Part shown: positions 25,347 to 37,793 of the stretch, piece by piece
Position numbering within the stretch: position 1 is the first letter of the stretch
Layout of the letters: the number at the start of each line of letters is the position of its first letter
Source: Zygnema circumcarinatum SAG 698-1b
Lineage: Eukaryota; Plantae; Zygnematophyceae
Length of the DNA stretch: 64,000 bases
Assembly: GCA_037447605.1 (NCBI GenBank)
Contig: CM074814.1
Coordinates: 992,001 to 1,056,000, forward strand
Direction: 5' to 3'
Program-made: the position numbers and the translations under genes
The notes under the pieces: model-generated
Seen by the model: the letters and a program-made list of their open reading frames with translations, nothing else
What the model was told of the DNA's origin: nothing
Database searches by the model: none

Positions 25347-26918
25347 CGATTGGGCATGCGTCCATCCATGGGAGCCGTTGGATGCATCCAGTTTGTCGTG
25401 GCCCCGTGTCACACGTGTCATGGACAGGCCTCTATATTTAAGGGAATATATCTACGGAACCCCTTACGTCCCGTAAATACATGTTGGCCGTCCCTTAAAC
25501 ACATATAAGGGAGAAATATGGCCTACCGTACAGTATCAGACTTGGCATAATCGTACAAAAATTGACGGCCAATGTTAGAGAAATTACAGTCACGGCCCTG
25601 GTTACAGTTGCGGTTACATTATTGACGTTGTAGCAGTTAGATCGTGTGAAGGCCCTCCGTGAGATCCCTCAAAGGTAGAGCGGGGAGCAGTGTGGGAAGG
25701 CAGGCGGCAAGTGGTAGTGTGTCATACTTAGATTTGTAGGACCCTAAAGTACTTGGTACTGAGTGATATTGGGGTGTGCCTTTATCTGAATAGAATAGTC
25801 TTATAATTATTGTGTCACAAGACATTGGTTTGGTAGAACTATAGTGTTCAAGCTTGCAGTGAGGTGCTACACTTCATTGTGCGTTGTTAAAGCTGGTGCT
25901 TGCAGTCCTTGCATGAGCATGTCCAAGTGTATCTAAGTTGTTCCCTTCCTATTAATATATAAAGAGTTTTCCTATATTTCTCCTTTCTACATTTGTATTG
26001 TGTTATTCTTTCACCTTTTGCTTCGGAGTACAATACGCATATGCATGAAAGCGAGTGAGTTGATTAGAGAATTGATTGAATTGAATTGATTGATTGAATT
26101 GATTGATTGCCCTGTGCGGGGAGCAAAAGAGGCAGGGGCAACAAGAGGGCCTCAGAGACCGTTGCTGCTCAAAATCCCTCAAAAACTCTTAGAAAATCTC
26201 AAGATTTCCTATAAAAACGAACATATATCCGTGGTTTAGATCCTTCGCGACCAGTATTTCCTCGTGGCTCCCCATGTTACAGACTTTGTCCATGTACGTG
26301 TGATGGCATCATCGCCCTCGTGAGATCAACGCCCCATCCTTCGCTTGTTCCAAGGGAGTTCCCTTAAGTCGCAGTGGCCGGCCCGGTCATATCCCCTTAC
26401 CGCTCGATCGACCGCGCGCAAAGAACGAACCCTTGCCGTTGGATCATAGCGCCGTGGGCATATATGTACCGTTAGATTCTCCACATGGCAGAAATCGCCC
26501 GCCGTCGGATGCTGTGCTGCAGTCAGCCGCAGTTCGGTGGGCAGTCGTTCTCCCCCGTCAGTCCGTCAGTCAGTGCTTTATAATAGCTGGTCAGACTGGC
26601 TACACTAGTCAATGAGTCAAAATCCGGGTAATAACCAGGCTGCCATGGTTTGATTAGTCGAATTAGCAGTTGGCCATTTAGTTACCTCAGACGCCTATTT
26701 TTCGTCAGTTGAAATTTTGGGATCCGCCCGCAGGCGCAGCAAAGCAGAGCAACAGCCATCCATGGCTGCCTGACCTTCCTCCCTCCTTGAACCGAGCTTC
26801 AGCAATCTGCAGGCGCGAGCAGGCGATTGCTCGCATTCTCCCTCAAGCGCTCACTCGCCAATCTTGAATCTCCCGCTGGCACATACCTTCCTGTGGATCT
26901 GCAGAGAGAGAGAGAGCC

Positions 26919-29900
26919 ATGGTGGAGGCGGAGAACGGCAACGGGGCTCCAGACGCCCTTGACAAGAAGCTTCTGGATGAAGCAGAAGAAGCCATGGACG
27001 CTATTGATCTCGGAGAAGAGGTGGGGAATGGAAGGGAGCATCCTGGGCATGTAGTTGAAAAGGCGCTGGATGCCAGGTTTGACCCTCCAGGGGGTGATGA
27101 CGCCCTTGAAGACATCATTGAGGAGGATGAAAATGCGCAAGGAAAGAATGCTGACGATGCAGATGAAGGGGAAGGCTCAGCTCCTCCGGATGGTGGTCAG
27201 AAGGAGGGGTAGGTGCAGAAAAAGAATCTCTCCAAGGCTCAGTCTGCATGCTTTTCAATGCCAGCTGTCCTTGTTCGCCTGGGAGTATTCATTTTTCATC
27301 CGCTTGATTGTTACTTATGCCAGGCACAAGGACGCACAACCGTCGCAATCGGTGATTGGAGGGAGTATCGTGGGAGATGTGCTCTACAGTATCGCTACTG
27401 GAGAAGAGGAAGGACGCTCTCGCCAGCGCATTTTAGCTTTTGCTGCTAAAAGGTAGGCCCCTGCTTCTCTTTTTCTCGACTCCTATTCTCCAACTATCTT
27501 ATAGAGTGGCAAGGAGTGGATACGTAGCTCACCCTCTCTTCAAGGAGACTTTTTTAAAAAGCCTTTAAATGCATTATGGGCAATTTATTGACTTGCACAT
27601 CCTACGCTCAGCATAAAGAAATTGTAGGGGATCTCCGTTCGTTCAGCGGTGAAAACTGTTGTCTGATCGCTTAACATTATCAGGCACAGGCGCAAACATC
27701 AATAAGGGCTGTTTTTGACAGCCTAGGAAATTTTTGTAAAGAGGGGTTCGCCTATTTGGGTATAGCTTAAAAGTTGAGTACTTCTTTTAGGAAAGGAGTA
27801 TGACGAGGACTCCAATGCCATTCTAAAGTAGACGTAGAATTCCCAAAAAAGCTGATTGCTACTTTTCGCCAAGGCCGACAATGTCTAGGCTAATAATGAC
27901 ATTGAACCGAAACGATGGCTTACTCGGAGAAGCCAGCATCTGCTAAAGCCACATTCTTGAAAAAGTTTCGTAGTTTGTTCCGTACTTCTGTTTTGGGAGG
28001 AATGGCGGGCCAAGTAAGGTGCTTGCTGTTGCGTTAGTTGGAATGCTTGGTCTTATGTGTCCGCACTTCACGGTTCTGTATTGCAGATATCAGAATGCAG
28101 TTGAACGAAATCCAGAGGACTATGACGCTCTTTACAACTGGGCCTTAGTTCTTCAGGTGAACCCTTGAAGCAGTTTTTAAGCGCATCATTTAGTAGTCGC
28201 CAATCAATTTCCTGGCTAAGGCATGAACAAACAAATATCCAGATCGGGCATTCTGACGAATAAAAATTCAAGAGACGAAAACAGCTGCAGTCTGAAGCTG
28301 ATACGATTCACTAAAAGTTAAATTCATTATTCCCCACAAATGTCCTGAAATGTAGGGGTGAATTTCGTCTTGTTCAGATTGATCGAGTCAAAGTGGTTTT
28401 TGTTGTCGGTGAATGGGTGTAAACTTTTCGAGGAGGAAATTCCCTTTTCATGTTCATTTTCATTCTGAAGGTTGTTTTGTAATGGATGCGAACACGTGGA
28501 AATGCTAATAGCAATGAGAATTTTGCTCATGTTTAGGAAAGTGCCGACAACTGCTCCCCAGATACTGCCATTCAAGCAAAGGACATGCTGCTGGACGACG
28601 CCTGCAAGAAGTATGCAGCTGCAACAGCTCTCTGCCCAACACTTCATGAGGTATGGGTGATGTAGGAGGGTGTAACTTCAGGCTTATTTTTTGTCAATAA
28701 GCAAGGAGTTGGGGAGCATGAAACAAGTCAAACATGTCATGCCAGCAGTGTGTTGCCGTTTTTTACCGTTTATGATGAGGATTTTTGTATTTATCGAGGT
28801 GGTGTATCACGAAAGTGTAATCAACTCGTAATGGCTATGTGATGTTTTTTCAGGCATTCTACAACTGGGCGATCGCAATTTCTGATCGTGCTAAGATCAG
28901 AGGCAGGACACTGCAAGCAGAGGAACTTTGGAAGCAGGTGGATATTCCTAAAGCTAACTCTGACTTGTTGAAATCTGCAGGGAGCGCTACCATTTACTTT
29001 TCACACTGGCTAACTGCCTTGCGATTGCCTCTTGCGACATTCTCGGAATACGATGTAATTCTCTCCTTGGACGACTACTCGACTTAGAAAGTTTGAGATG
29101 ATATGCAACATAGTATATGACCTGTTGCATTGACTGTTTCCAGGCCTGCGAGAAGTACGACAAAGCAGTGCAACTGAACTGGGACAGTCCGCAGGTTTGT
29201 TCTGCTATCTGGAGATAAGCTCGGAAATCAAGCAAGTTTTTGGGCTCTGTTAATTTAGCTCGTGGGCTTAAGAGTTACCCGATTAAACGTGTAAGGCTGT
29301 GATTGGTGAGGTTTGAAGTGATGTAAGACTTATCAAATATGATCGAGTGCGAATGGGAAGTTCCCAGTAAAACAGTTTTTCTTTTGATTCTTGTTTCCTT
29401 TGTGCTAACCAGATCAGTGATGGGATTGCAGGCTCTCAATAACTGGGGACTCGCCCTTCAGGTGGGCTTTCCCACTTGTTATCAGGATGAATCTCTGCAT
29501 TCTCTTCATTCATGGATAGAATCGACGGCATACACATATTGGTGCTTATCAGGGCAGAGCTTGACTTAATTACTCTCAGATTATTCCACTGCAAAGAAAC
29601 GAACAAAATAAGGCGGCTTCTTTCCAGGAGTTTCATGATTATCGGAATCGATTTGAGAGTCCCGTCAGATGGGCTCTGCCATTCCGGAGAAGTCCTTGAT
29701 GCTAACAAATGGTAAAGTCACTCGCTGTGCGGATTTCTAGAAAACAGGAACTTGGCGGCATTGTTCCAACAAAGGAGAAACGCGCCATTGTTCAAAAGGC
29801 CATCAGTAAGGTATTGTGCCTCTTCAGCGAAATCGGCGCATGTTGCATCTTCTCAATGAATCTCCGCTGTTTCAGCGGCGAGGAAGGAATCATACAATGG

Positions 29901-31595
29901 AGGATTTTGACAGTAGTTATAAGAACCAGTTCAACCAACAACTACGTTGTGTGGATGGGTGTGGATGCGCCCATAGTTCCGCGCAGCTATTCGGTTGCGG
30001 TTTGATTTCCACCGGGCAGTATACAACCTCGGAACAGTTTTGGTAAGCAGTCCTGCAGCCCTGCAGAACACGCGTCGTTACACCCTAAGGAGAAGATGGA
30101 TTTCAGTAGTGTCATCGTGGTTAGATGAGGCTTATTATTTCCGTTTTAATGCGAGAGCTCCATGTCCTTTTGTTGTTATGGGCAGTATGGTTTGGCAGAG
30201 GACACACTGAAGAGTGTCCGAAAGGTAGAGGGTGAGGAGCACCTTTCGGATGCGCTGTACAGCCAATCAGCTGTTTACATTGCCGCAGCACATTCTCTGA
30301 AGTCGGACTATCCGGTAGGATCTCTGCTTGTCCAAGTGAAGCTTAGCTGTGATTTCGCTTGCATCGCAGCTTCATAAGTTTCACACTAGTCCCCAAAGGA
30401 AAGCTTGAAGCAACAGAGTGCATTTATTAACATCACGAGTTGTTCACGTTTCACTTACTGATCTTCTTTCTGTTTTGCCGTCTATCTGGAAATCCTTGCA
30501 GGTCTACAGAAATGCTCTACGACTTGTGCGAACAATGGTAAGTAAACCCTTTCCGACACTCTGCTGCACTTGTTTGTACTGGGCGTGTATTTTTCTGATT
30601 TCTCATGTTTATTCTGCTGACATTGTGTATGCTCCTTCCTCATGAGGATATGGGTTATCGTTGACGACGACATAACATTGTTGCTATGTCTATGTATGCA
30701 GCTTCCTCTTCCTTATTTGAAAGCCGGATATCTCACGGTTGTGCCAAACGGGAATTCTCTGAGCCCTCATAATGAATGGCAGCGTGTGTGGGTTGTACTT
30801 GACCACGAAGCGATCTACCAGGTGAGTTTTTGGATGTCCTTAGACTTCTTTGATAGCCATTTCAATATTCTTAAAAAGAATATAAATAAGCGAGAAATTA
30901 TTGTATTTTCTATCACATCTTTGTGTTTGTAATCAAACCAAGACTAAATGGCCTAAAATGACCAGTCCTTTTCTACTATGAAGCACATAACGACTCCTCG
31001 TCTGTGAAATTCCTTATTCGTGCAGAAGGAGAAGCCCGAGGTAAGGCAAACTTTGAACAGTACCACGTCGAGGCGGGCAAGCATGGCGAACAGCAGCAAA
31101 GCTCCCCCTCTCAAAGATGAAGACTTGGAGGAACGCCGAGCTGCGGCTGCATCGCGGAGAGTGAGCAACCTCTCAGTCGACAGCGCCGTCTCAGTGTCGG
31201 CCTCCTTCCACTTCGACATGAGCGAAGTGCTGTCAGTTGCAGCCTGCGCAGATCTGAGCTTGCCAGCTGGAGGCGGCATGCTCCTTGAGACATCGAGCGG
31301 GCCGTTTTACATGGTGAGCATACATTCTGCACCATGGTCGTCTGCAGGTCATTATATGATTATATTCTGATGGTGATGTCTATCTGCTTCACGACAATAT
31401 GACACGCCTATTCTTTGGGGGTCGCATTCCCATGCCCATGCCCATGCCCATGCCCATGTATGTATGCGCCCACGCAATGCGCAGGTGGCGGACACATGGG
31501 AGGCCATGGATGGCTGGGTGGACGCCATCCGACTCGTATATACAATTTTTGTTCGAGGGAAGGTTGAGGCTTTGGCGGGGGTCCTCGCGGGGTAG
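26919..31595 (+). CDS. HLB1: HYPERSENSITIVE TO LATRUNCULIN B1-like TPR plus PH-domain protein
   Basis: Acidic N-terminus, then [108 protein letters not shown]...[29 protein letters not shown] at 31593-31595. Confidence 0.93.
31429..31458. repeat. (CCCATG)5 intronic microsatellite
   Basis: Five units in the last HLB1 intron; reverse complement of the unit at 25251. Confidence 0.9.
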
Positions 31596-32731
31596 GCGCC
31601 TGCTCTCAGGTGCTACAGTATGTTTCGGGTTTCAAACTGCTTGATTGGAAATTAGCTATTTAAAACAAGCTTCTTTTGTATTGCGGCTTTCGCTCTCCTC
31701 TCTTCCCTTCTCTTCACTTCATTTCCTTTCTCTCCTCTCCTCCCTCTCCCTCTCCCTTCTCATTTCCTATAAAGACTGGCTTGAAAACTCATCTACACTC
31801 ACACCCGCATTTCACAAAACAATCCACTGCGTATCGTGTCCCTCCCTCCACATTCTCCCACTCCTCCCCTGCCTCCCACACCTCTACCCCCATATCCCAT
31901 CGCGCCAGTTCCCCTCCATAGAGCGCGCACGACTCGCAACCGCAACCGCTCGTCCCTCCAAAATAGCGCACCGTTGTCCTCCCGCCGTATGGCTGTGTCG
32001 TATGTGCGCGGTCCGCGCCAGTCAGCGGGCGCCAGCTGTCCGAGCACGTACCGCCTTCGCTGACCGCCCGCGCCCTTGTGCTTACCGAACAGCTGAACTC
32101 CCCTCCCTCCTCTCATGTCTCCCTCTCTCTTTCTCGCGTCATCTCTTCCCTTCTCTCCATTTCCCTTTCCTACTCTCTCTCCCTCTCTCTTCCTCGTCTG
32201 TGGTTGTCACAGTCAGTGTCGTAATCTTCTGCTGCCGTGGGCTTGGATTTTGACAATGGAACTGTTGATACAATTTCGATTCAAGTGAGGTTCTTCTCAG
32301 CCGTCCATTCAGCCGTTCACCATGGAGAATCCCTTCCACTGGCCGAACTCTTCTTGAAACACGTCTCATGTTAATAGGTCTGTATGTGTTCATTTGTCAG
32401 GACAAACCCTTAACCGCAAGCCCCAGTCATTTTGCCAATCATGTTCTTCACCTGTTCGTACCGTCTTCTGGATGAGGTGTGGTCGACATTGGGAAGAAAA
32501 AACTCAATTAAGTAAACTCAAAGAAGCGGTTGGGAACAAACGAAAGGATCGTGAGGATACGCCAAACCACGGCATCCAGAAATCCATTCAACCTTACATG
32601 AACTTTGCACCACAAAAAAAAGTGAAAGCCATTATTCCTTCGCTTCCACACCCCCATGTTTAACTCCGTCACTCCGTCACTGATGAAAAAGGCAGACAGT
32701 CAGCTTCTTAATAAGATTCGTGGTCGAGTTG

Positions 32732-35700
32732 TTAGTCCTCGTCAGATGCTTCGTCGGGTTCAGACGAGTGCAGAAGGCGTGTCCAGACAGCGGCTGCAAT
32801 CCTCTTCCCCGCTCCAGCCTCGCCCAATCGCGCGCGTCCATTCTGCGCCACCTCATCAAGGAGAGCCCTATCGGAGAGCACACGTGGAACCGCTACAGCC
32901 AGTGCTGCCGGGTCGGGGCAAAGAACCACCTGCAGGAGAGGGAGAGGAGAGGAGAGGAGAGGGAGGGAGAGGAGAGGGAGAGGAGAGGGAGAGGAGAGGG
33001 CGAGGGATTCAGAGCCTTCAGACTTGGCAAAGGTTCACACATTTTACATTCGAGATCAGTACACAGTCTTCTCGCAGAATACCGTAAGTAGATAACGAAA
33101 TTAAAACGACAGCTTTCTTGAATGTGACATTGGTGACGTAAAACGTTTTCAATGACTACTCCATGCTTGGCATTTTGAAGTTAGGTTAAATTTCAATATG
33201 TCTATCGAGCTGAACGCCTGCTCACCGATTTGCCAAGAAGTCGCGACTGCGCCTCAGCAAAGGCCCACGTGAACTGGGGTCCGCTACCAGGAAGAGTGAA
33301 GGCAGGCTTCCCTAATCCAACCTGTAGTAACAAACATGTCAAACATGTCAAAGGTCTGCGTATGAGAGAGAGAGGGAGAGCAGGACTGAATAGGGAGAGA
33401 AAGGGAAACATATCAGAGCTCCAGTTTCCAGTTACTCATGCATGTTATCGTGGAGCATCCCTCTGTCGGACGCGAACCTGAAGCAGGAAATACTACTTTT
33501 AAAACATCCACAATGTCTCCGCTCAATGGTCAATATTTGGGTATTGATTTAGAAGGGGGGAAATGGCTTACCAACTGCTCCGTGCCCGTTCCAGCCATAG
33601 CAATCCCGCCTTCTGCTCTCTGAACGCAGTCGCTGAAATTCCCCTTCACCAGCACAAGCACTGAAGCAGCAGAAGAGGGCACTCTCTCTCCTTGGCAATC
33701 TACTAACTGATACGCCAACATAGAGATAGCATCTCTTGCTTCAGGCCAACAGTCCTGGTCCTGAGTATTGTTATCGGGCTTGGTTCGTGCATCTCCGAGA
33801 CCTTCTTTAGTGAGTCCAACAGGGCTATCTGAGAGAGGATCATGCACAGTTTTTGAATTATGCAGGGTATTGTCTGAAAGAAGATGCCAACCCTTGTCTG
33901 TTAAAGCCGTTCTGAAGGGCCCTAAAGGAAGGCTGGGTGCCAAGGGAACAAGAAATATGCAGCGCTTTGGAGCAAGGGCTTTCACGGTGTCCGTCACACA
34001 CTCCAAAAGACGTTTCCAGTTTGTGAAGGCCTGCCATGGAATGGCAACAGCCGAGGATGAGTATCAAAGTTTCGGTCATTTTTCTTCTAATAAGTCAGTA
34101 AGCACAATGTTACATGAGATCAGCTGCTCTCGAACCACACTACTAGCTTCTAAAAACAGTAAAATAGCTGTGATTGTTGCCCAAAATCGAATTTTTGAAT
34201 CGTCAATGACTTCCCAGTCTACCGTTTGAACCTAAGAAAGCAACGGCTTATGTACACACCTCGGGCTGCCTTGTTCCGGGCAGGACTGTTAGACAGTGGC
34301 CTCCTTCCATGTGGTGTTCCAAAAAAGCATCGAGCAGCCCATTGGGCTCAAGCCCATCCATCATGGGATTGCCCAAGTCGAGCACCTGTAATTGAGCCCG
34401 TTCATTATTCATCTGAGGGGCTCCTACCGACCATACACTACAGTCTAGACGTAATGTACCAACTTCCCCTTTTTGCAGTCCACTTCGTGCTACAGACATG
34501 CAATATTATGATTCGTGAATCGTGAATCGTGAATCTTAAGTTAAATGAATAGTTAACGTGTCCCCAATGGAAGGAATACGGGATAGCACACATTCTGAGA
34601 GCAGTACCTCTCTGCAAACAAACGTCAACGATTTTCATAACGATGCACTCCCCTTGGTGTAAAATTACTTCACATAAAACTACTCGTGATATGCTAAAAG
34701 ATGAGATGGAACAGATTCTCAATGAAGCATGCAATTATAGCACCGTGAAAGCTGTCACCTTGGAGCGAGCTTCGGTTGGAAGCTCATGCTGCAGCATCTG
34801 CACCGTGAGTTTGTCTCTCGGCACAACTAGCCTGAAATGCATGCATCAAAAGGCACGATAGCTGAAGGGGTAAGCTCATCAAGACACCAAATCAGCTAGA
34901 CACTTTATGAATGAAGGAAAGGGAGGATCCATCTCTTGGTCGATTTATTGAGGTTGCATATCTCTGGACCGTCTGCATAACCTGCATGCATGTGTAATGT
35001 TTTCACGCCGATGGTAAATATTAGACAGAATATGAACCAAAAGACAAACGACAAGAGGAGGAAACCAACTCACAGGAATCACCTGCAACTTTCGCTCGCC
35101 ATTAGTGCCCTCTCCCAGGGAAGGTACACACAGTTGGGTGATATCCAGTCCTCCACTGCCCGTGCGCCATCCACAATGCATCATCATGGAATTGGAGCCC
35201 ATCACGGAAAAAGGATAAAACATGATGTCTGCCGAGTCATATAACCTTCTTCAGTGTGTTTGGTTCTCATCATGAGACGAAGAAAGACGTGTACTCACCG
35301 ACACTTCTCGTTTTGGTGTTCAAAATCTTCCCCAACTCATCCCGCAAGTAATATTCACTTTTTGCGGTTCCAACAAAGCCGAATGCAGCCATTTTCTTCC
35401 CTTTTCCACCCCGCTGCTTTTCCGCTAACCACGCCATGGCCAGTGGAAAGACATCTCCAACAGCCAGAACTGCCCCTTGTGGAGATTGCTTCACCCAATG
35501 AGCGATGGCATTCCACTACAATAACAGAAAAAGGAGAGAAGGAAGAGACGTTAGTGAGATGCAAGGAAGTGCTTGCCCTAGTGCAAAACCAAACACTTGC
35601 AATCTTCGCACCTTAAGAAAGGAGTGAATAATGGAGCCAGCTTTTCTTCGATATATCAAATGTATGAGGGCTGACGGGAACTGTGCAATCCATACCCTTT

Positions 35701-36879
35701 AATCAATGCCACAATTCATGCCCTCATTTCATTACAACAAACAATCCAATCATTACCAGTTTTCAGGAAATCTAGGAATTGTGGCCATGCCAGTTTCAAA
35801 CGTCAAGTGCACGATCTTTTGGTTTTGTGAAGCAAAGGTTCTCAGAAGAAAGCTAAGAATATCTGGTAGCTTTCACCTGGTTAACAAGAAGGCCTAACAA
35901 GCCGGCTTTGACATCTTTGACGAGCTGCAATCTGTCCATATAGATGAACCTGCGCACCTAGCAAAATGAGCACTTCAAGTCAACACAAGCAAGCAAGCGA
36001 TTCCTAATTATTCTCGCAAGGTCAAAATAACTATAAAAACAGAGAAAATGCGAGTAGGAAAGGTCTGCATACCCTCCGCTCGGCATTTCCTTGACGTGTC
36101 CAAGTATTGGAATGCCAGCTCTCACATAGGCATTGCCCAGCCCTACCAACGGAAGTCCCTCAATGACAAGCGTTTCCCCTTCCTCTGCAGCCAATACCTG
36201 TCGGCTTATAAGCAACGGAAAAGCATTCAAAATCGGTGAGAAATGCTGAACTATTGAATACAGTAAAGCCAACAGCAGTTCAGTTCCTTGATACAAGCAA
36301 TTCCGCACTGAAATGCTAGACCTTTAAATATAAAAAAACTGACAGGGACACGCCAGGGAGTACCTGAAGCTCTTTCAATATGGCGATCGCTATGGCATCT
36401 TCCCCATGGCCATTGCTCAAACAAAGCAAGCGGTGTTCTCTACAACCAGATTTCCTTTCTGCTCTCTCACTGCCATTGTCACTAGCAGGCGCCCCCATCC
36501 AAGAGGATCCATTCACAGAAACCCTAGGACGTCCTGCAGCCTCCTTCAAACTGGCAAACCGGCTTCCACCTATGAGGGCTCCCGGTGTGAGCCCACACTC
36601 GAACAAAGTCCTACTTCGCTCTTTCCCTCTACCAGCTTCCATCCTTCCTCTTTCTCGGCCAAAAACCGAACCCTTGCAAAGAAATACTGCTCCAAGCTCC
36701 TGGCGGCTGCTCTCTAAGAGCTTCGCAGCAGCCTTCTTCTTACTCCTCGCTCCTACCTCCTTCCCCTTCCCTCCAACCCTTCTCTCTGTAACCATGACCA
36801 AGCTCCCTCCTTCCCTCCCCTTCCATCCAGCCTCCCATCCCCCTCCCCCCAGCCACCTCTCTCCCAGCGCAGTCTCCAT
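32732..36879 (-). CDS. Lipid-A-disaccharide-synthase-related glycosyltransferase (cyanobacterial TIGR03492 type), 10 exons, N-terminal extension
   Basis: In-phase exons encode LLCLSNGHGEDAIA, LPLVGLGNAY, MPSGG|FIYMD, VLAVGDVFPL, FGFVGTAKSEYYLRDE, VYLPWER, VPRDKLT, LGNPMMDGLEP, VLPGTRQPE|AFTNW, IAMAGTGTEQL|VGLGKPAFTLPGSGPQFTWAFAEAQSRLLG and NGRARLGEAGAGKRIA. The order matches the cyanobacterial family as I recall it. Start codon tentative. Confidence 0.88.
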
Positions 36880-37793
36880 CAGAGCATCCTTTTACCTCCC
36901 ACTCTGCCCCCTCCTCCCACTTTCCCCCCACAACACCCCCCCCCTCACTCTCCTCTCTCTCCCTCTCCTCCTCACCCCTCCCACCTTCCCCCCCTATCTT
37001 TCCTCTCTCTCTCTCCCCCCTATCCCCCCTCCCGGGCTCCCCTCCAGGCGGCACGTGGCACTTCACAGGATGCTGACACTGCACGCGACTCCACGCCACA
37101 TCAGAAAGCTTCCAAGTCTCCCCCGTCTCGTGGCATTCCCACCCAATAGAAACATGCCACGTGACACGACATCTGAACCCGAATTGACACGCAAGCATCC
37201 TCTCCTGACGTGGTACGTTTCCGTCCCTCCGATCCCTCTAATCCGACGGTCCTAAATCAGGATCACGAAATCTTCAAAATATATTTATTCGTACAGTGAT
37301 GTACGGACAGGGATCCCCTCCGCGCCACCCCTTCGGCTGCCCTTCCAGAAACAGATCCGCCCGGCGTTCCGTGCCGTACGGACTGTCCGTACGGTCGGCC
37401 CACGCGGTTGTCTCTCTGCGCGCCGAGCGGACCTCGAACCGCCGCCGCCGGCGGTCAGAGCGACCCAAGGGCCCCCCCCCGCTCTCTCTCCCTCTCTCTC
37501 TCGCTCCTCTCTCGCTCTCTCTCTCTGACCTCTCTCTCTCTCTGTACTATCCCTCTCTCGCTTTATCGATTCAAAAGGTTCGAGAACATTCTTCAAAGTA
37601 GAATTTTGAATAGAAGTTTATTTGGGGCATCATCACATCGTAGGGATCAAGCTAAAGCTCGGAGCTAGTGGGAGCTAGCGGGAGCAAGTGAGAGCATTTG
37701 CAGTCCATGAGGGCGAGGTAACGCAGTTTAAGCGTAAAGCTGGCAGCCAAGGTGGCTCCGATTGGGTTAGATGGCTCGGTGGGCTCTCATGGG

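Noticed and set aside
25629-25824. TG...CA-bounded segment followed by TTGGT, resembling an LTR plus PBS
   Set aside because: No second LTR, no target-site duplication, no recognisable tRNA-complementary PBS or polypurine tract.
36380-37255. 291-aa plus-strand ORF
   Set aside because: It is antisense to glycosyltransferase exon 1 and its low-complexity leader; Pro/Leu/Ser composition reflects the CT-rich tract.
37429-37440. tRNA B-box-like GGTTCGAGGTCC on the minus strand
   Set aside because: Imperfect spacing, no A-box and no cloverleaf.
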